Below are positions 63,005 through 64,000 of a stretch of DNA of 64,000 bases, piece by piece (the stretch's first letter is position 1; every line of letters starts with the position of its first letter). A program made the position numbers and the translations under genes. This stretch comes from a virus. Lineage: Duplodnaviria > Caudoviricetes. The stretch is from IMG/VR virus record IMGVR_UViG_3300010352_000625, positions 96,001-160,000 of that record; one strand, written 5' to 3'. The notes under the pieces were generated by a model, which worked only from the letters and a program-made list of their open reading frames with translations, searched no databases and was not told the origin of the DNA.

Positions 63005-63273
63005 TAAAAAAATTACTATTACTACATGAGCGATATTCTATTCCTTTTTAGGTCTTGGACCATCCAAATCTTCCCACTCATATAATTTATTATATTTATC
63101 TTCATATTCTTTACGGTAACAATCTCTACAACAGTATTTACCAGATAACCAGCGCATTTCACCATAATACTCTAAGTTACCACAATATTTGCATTTTACT
63201 ATTTCTTTCATTTCTGAATTCATAGTACTATCAACTCCTGAATTAATATCAATCCATATAATAATTTATGAAT

Positions 63274-63349
63274 TGGTGTCCACGAAAGGATTTGAACCTA
63301 TGTCTGTGGCTTATCGGGCCACTGCTCTAGCCTATTGAGCTACGTTTCG
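63274..63349 (-). pseudogene. tRNA-Ile(GAT) with corrupted 5' acceptor strand
   Basis: Loop CCGATAA, intact D and T arms and CCA; only 3 acceptor pairs remain, abutting the stop of the upstream ORF. Confidence 0.65.
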
Positions 63350-63621
63350 TTATTGTTCAGAAAAATATGTTTCAATACCTGCTTGATTAAGAATACGACA
63401 CATAAATATTTTTTCATTATCATTGTTGCAAATATCATGTAAATCATCGTCATCCATACGTTCAATTTCTTCTTTAAATTCTTTGACCGCCTTATTATAA
63501 TAGTCTTTTGCTTCTTTTTCAGAATCAAATACTTCAAAAATACTACCGCAAACACTTAAATTACAAACAACCAGATATCTTTCCTTTTCCATTATTATAA
63601 TCCCCTTTATAATTTAATAAA

Positions 63622-63708
63622 TGGCGGAGGGTACAGGAATCGAACCTGCAAGGGCTATTAACCCGCTGGTTTAGCAAACCAGTGTCTTATCAATTAGACT
63701 AACCCTCC
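63622..63708 (-). tRNA. tRNA-Ser(GCT)
   Basis: Loop TTGCTAA; long variable arm; CCA. Confidence 0.85.
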
Positions 63709-63756
63709 ATATTAATAGAATTTCTCTCTAAATTTATAATTTGTCAAATGTTTTAT

Positions 63757-64000
63757 TTAATTTTCTCTAATTCTTTTATGAATTATCAATTTTTCTTTTG
63801 GTATAATATCATGATACTCAAAAGAATATCCGCTGTTATCAATAATATTAGAATCTAGAAATAATTTAGATTTATCTAAATCTTTTATATCTATTTTTAA
63901 GATAGTAATATCATCAAACAATTCGTCATTAATATCTTCATTATCTATACTCATAATAAAATCGTAAGCCATTTCAGCATCAATTGTTAAATACACTCTG
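63757..64000 (-). CDS. Partial ORF, possible ART-fold (KptA/DUF952-like) protein
   Basis: VYLT...A.....ILKID...D.N.....IP motif spacing; truncated by the window edge. Confidence 0.35.
   Translation of the reverse strand, partial: RVYLTIDAEMAYDFIMSIDNEDINDELFDDITILKIDIKDLDKSKLFLDSNIIDNSGYSFEYHDIIPKEKLIIHKRIREN

Noticed and set aside
1-64000. Stop-codon reassignment or suppressor tRNA
   Set aside because: Long ORFs are intact under the standard code, all three stops are used, and no CTA/TTA/TCA anticodon was found.

Overview
AT-rich segment of a large (jumbo-type) tailed phage genome read with the standard genetic code. 1-15922 (+) is a virion baseplate/tail-fibre module ending at a bidirectional terminator. 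15964-64000 is almost all minus strand and is driven by sigma70/sigmaA-like TTGACA-N17-TATAAT promoters. It encodes replication and nucleotide functions (primase, SNF2-like helicase, ATP-dependent ligase, RuvC-like resolvase, dNMP kinase, DHH, NUDIX), about 8 DNA methyltransferase ORFs plus a frameshifted Mom-like gene, Fic/Doc, and about 23 tRNA genes plus several tRNA-like remnants. The most notable locus is a Ro60/TROVE gene (43179-44813) preceded by a ~1.3 kb non-coding RNA cluster. The cluster holds three canonical Y-RNA-like hairpins, a Y/tRNA hybrid ending in CCA, and two copies of a covarying pseudoknotted RNA I cannot assign to a known family. The second notable feature is five copies of a non-autonomous IS200/IS605 mini-element carrying a TnpB omega-RNA-like scaffold. 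Four copies are inserted precisely 3' of TTAC, one splitting tRNA-His and one splitting a small membrane ORF. All calls come from reading the sequence by eye; no searches were run.
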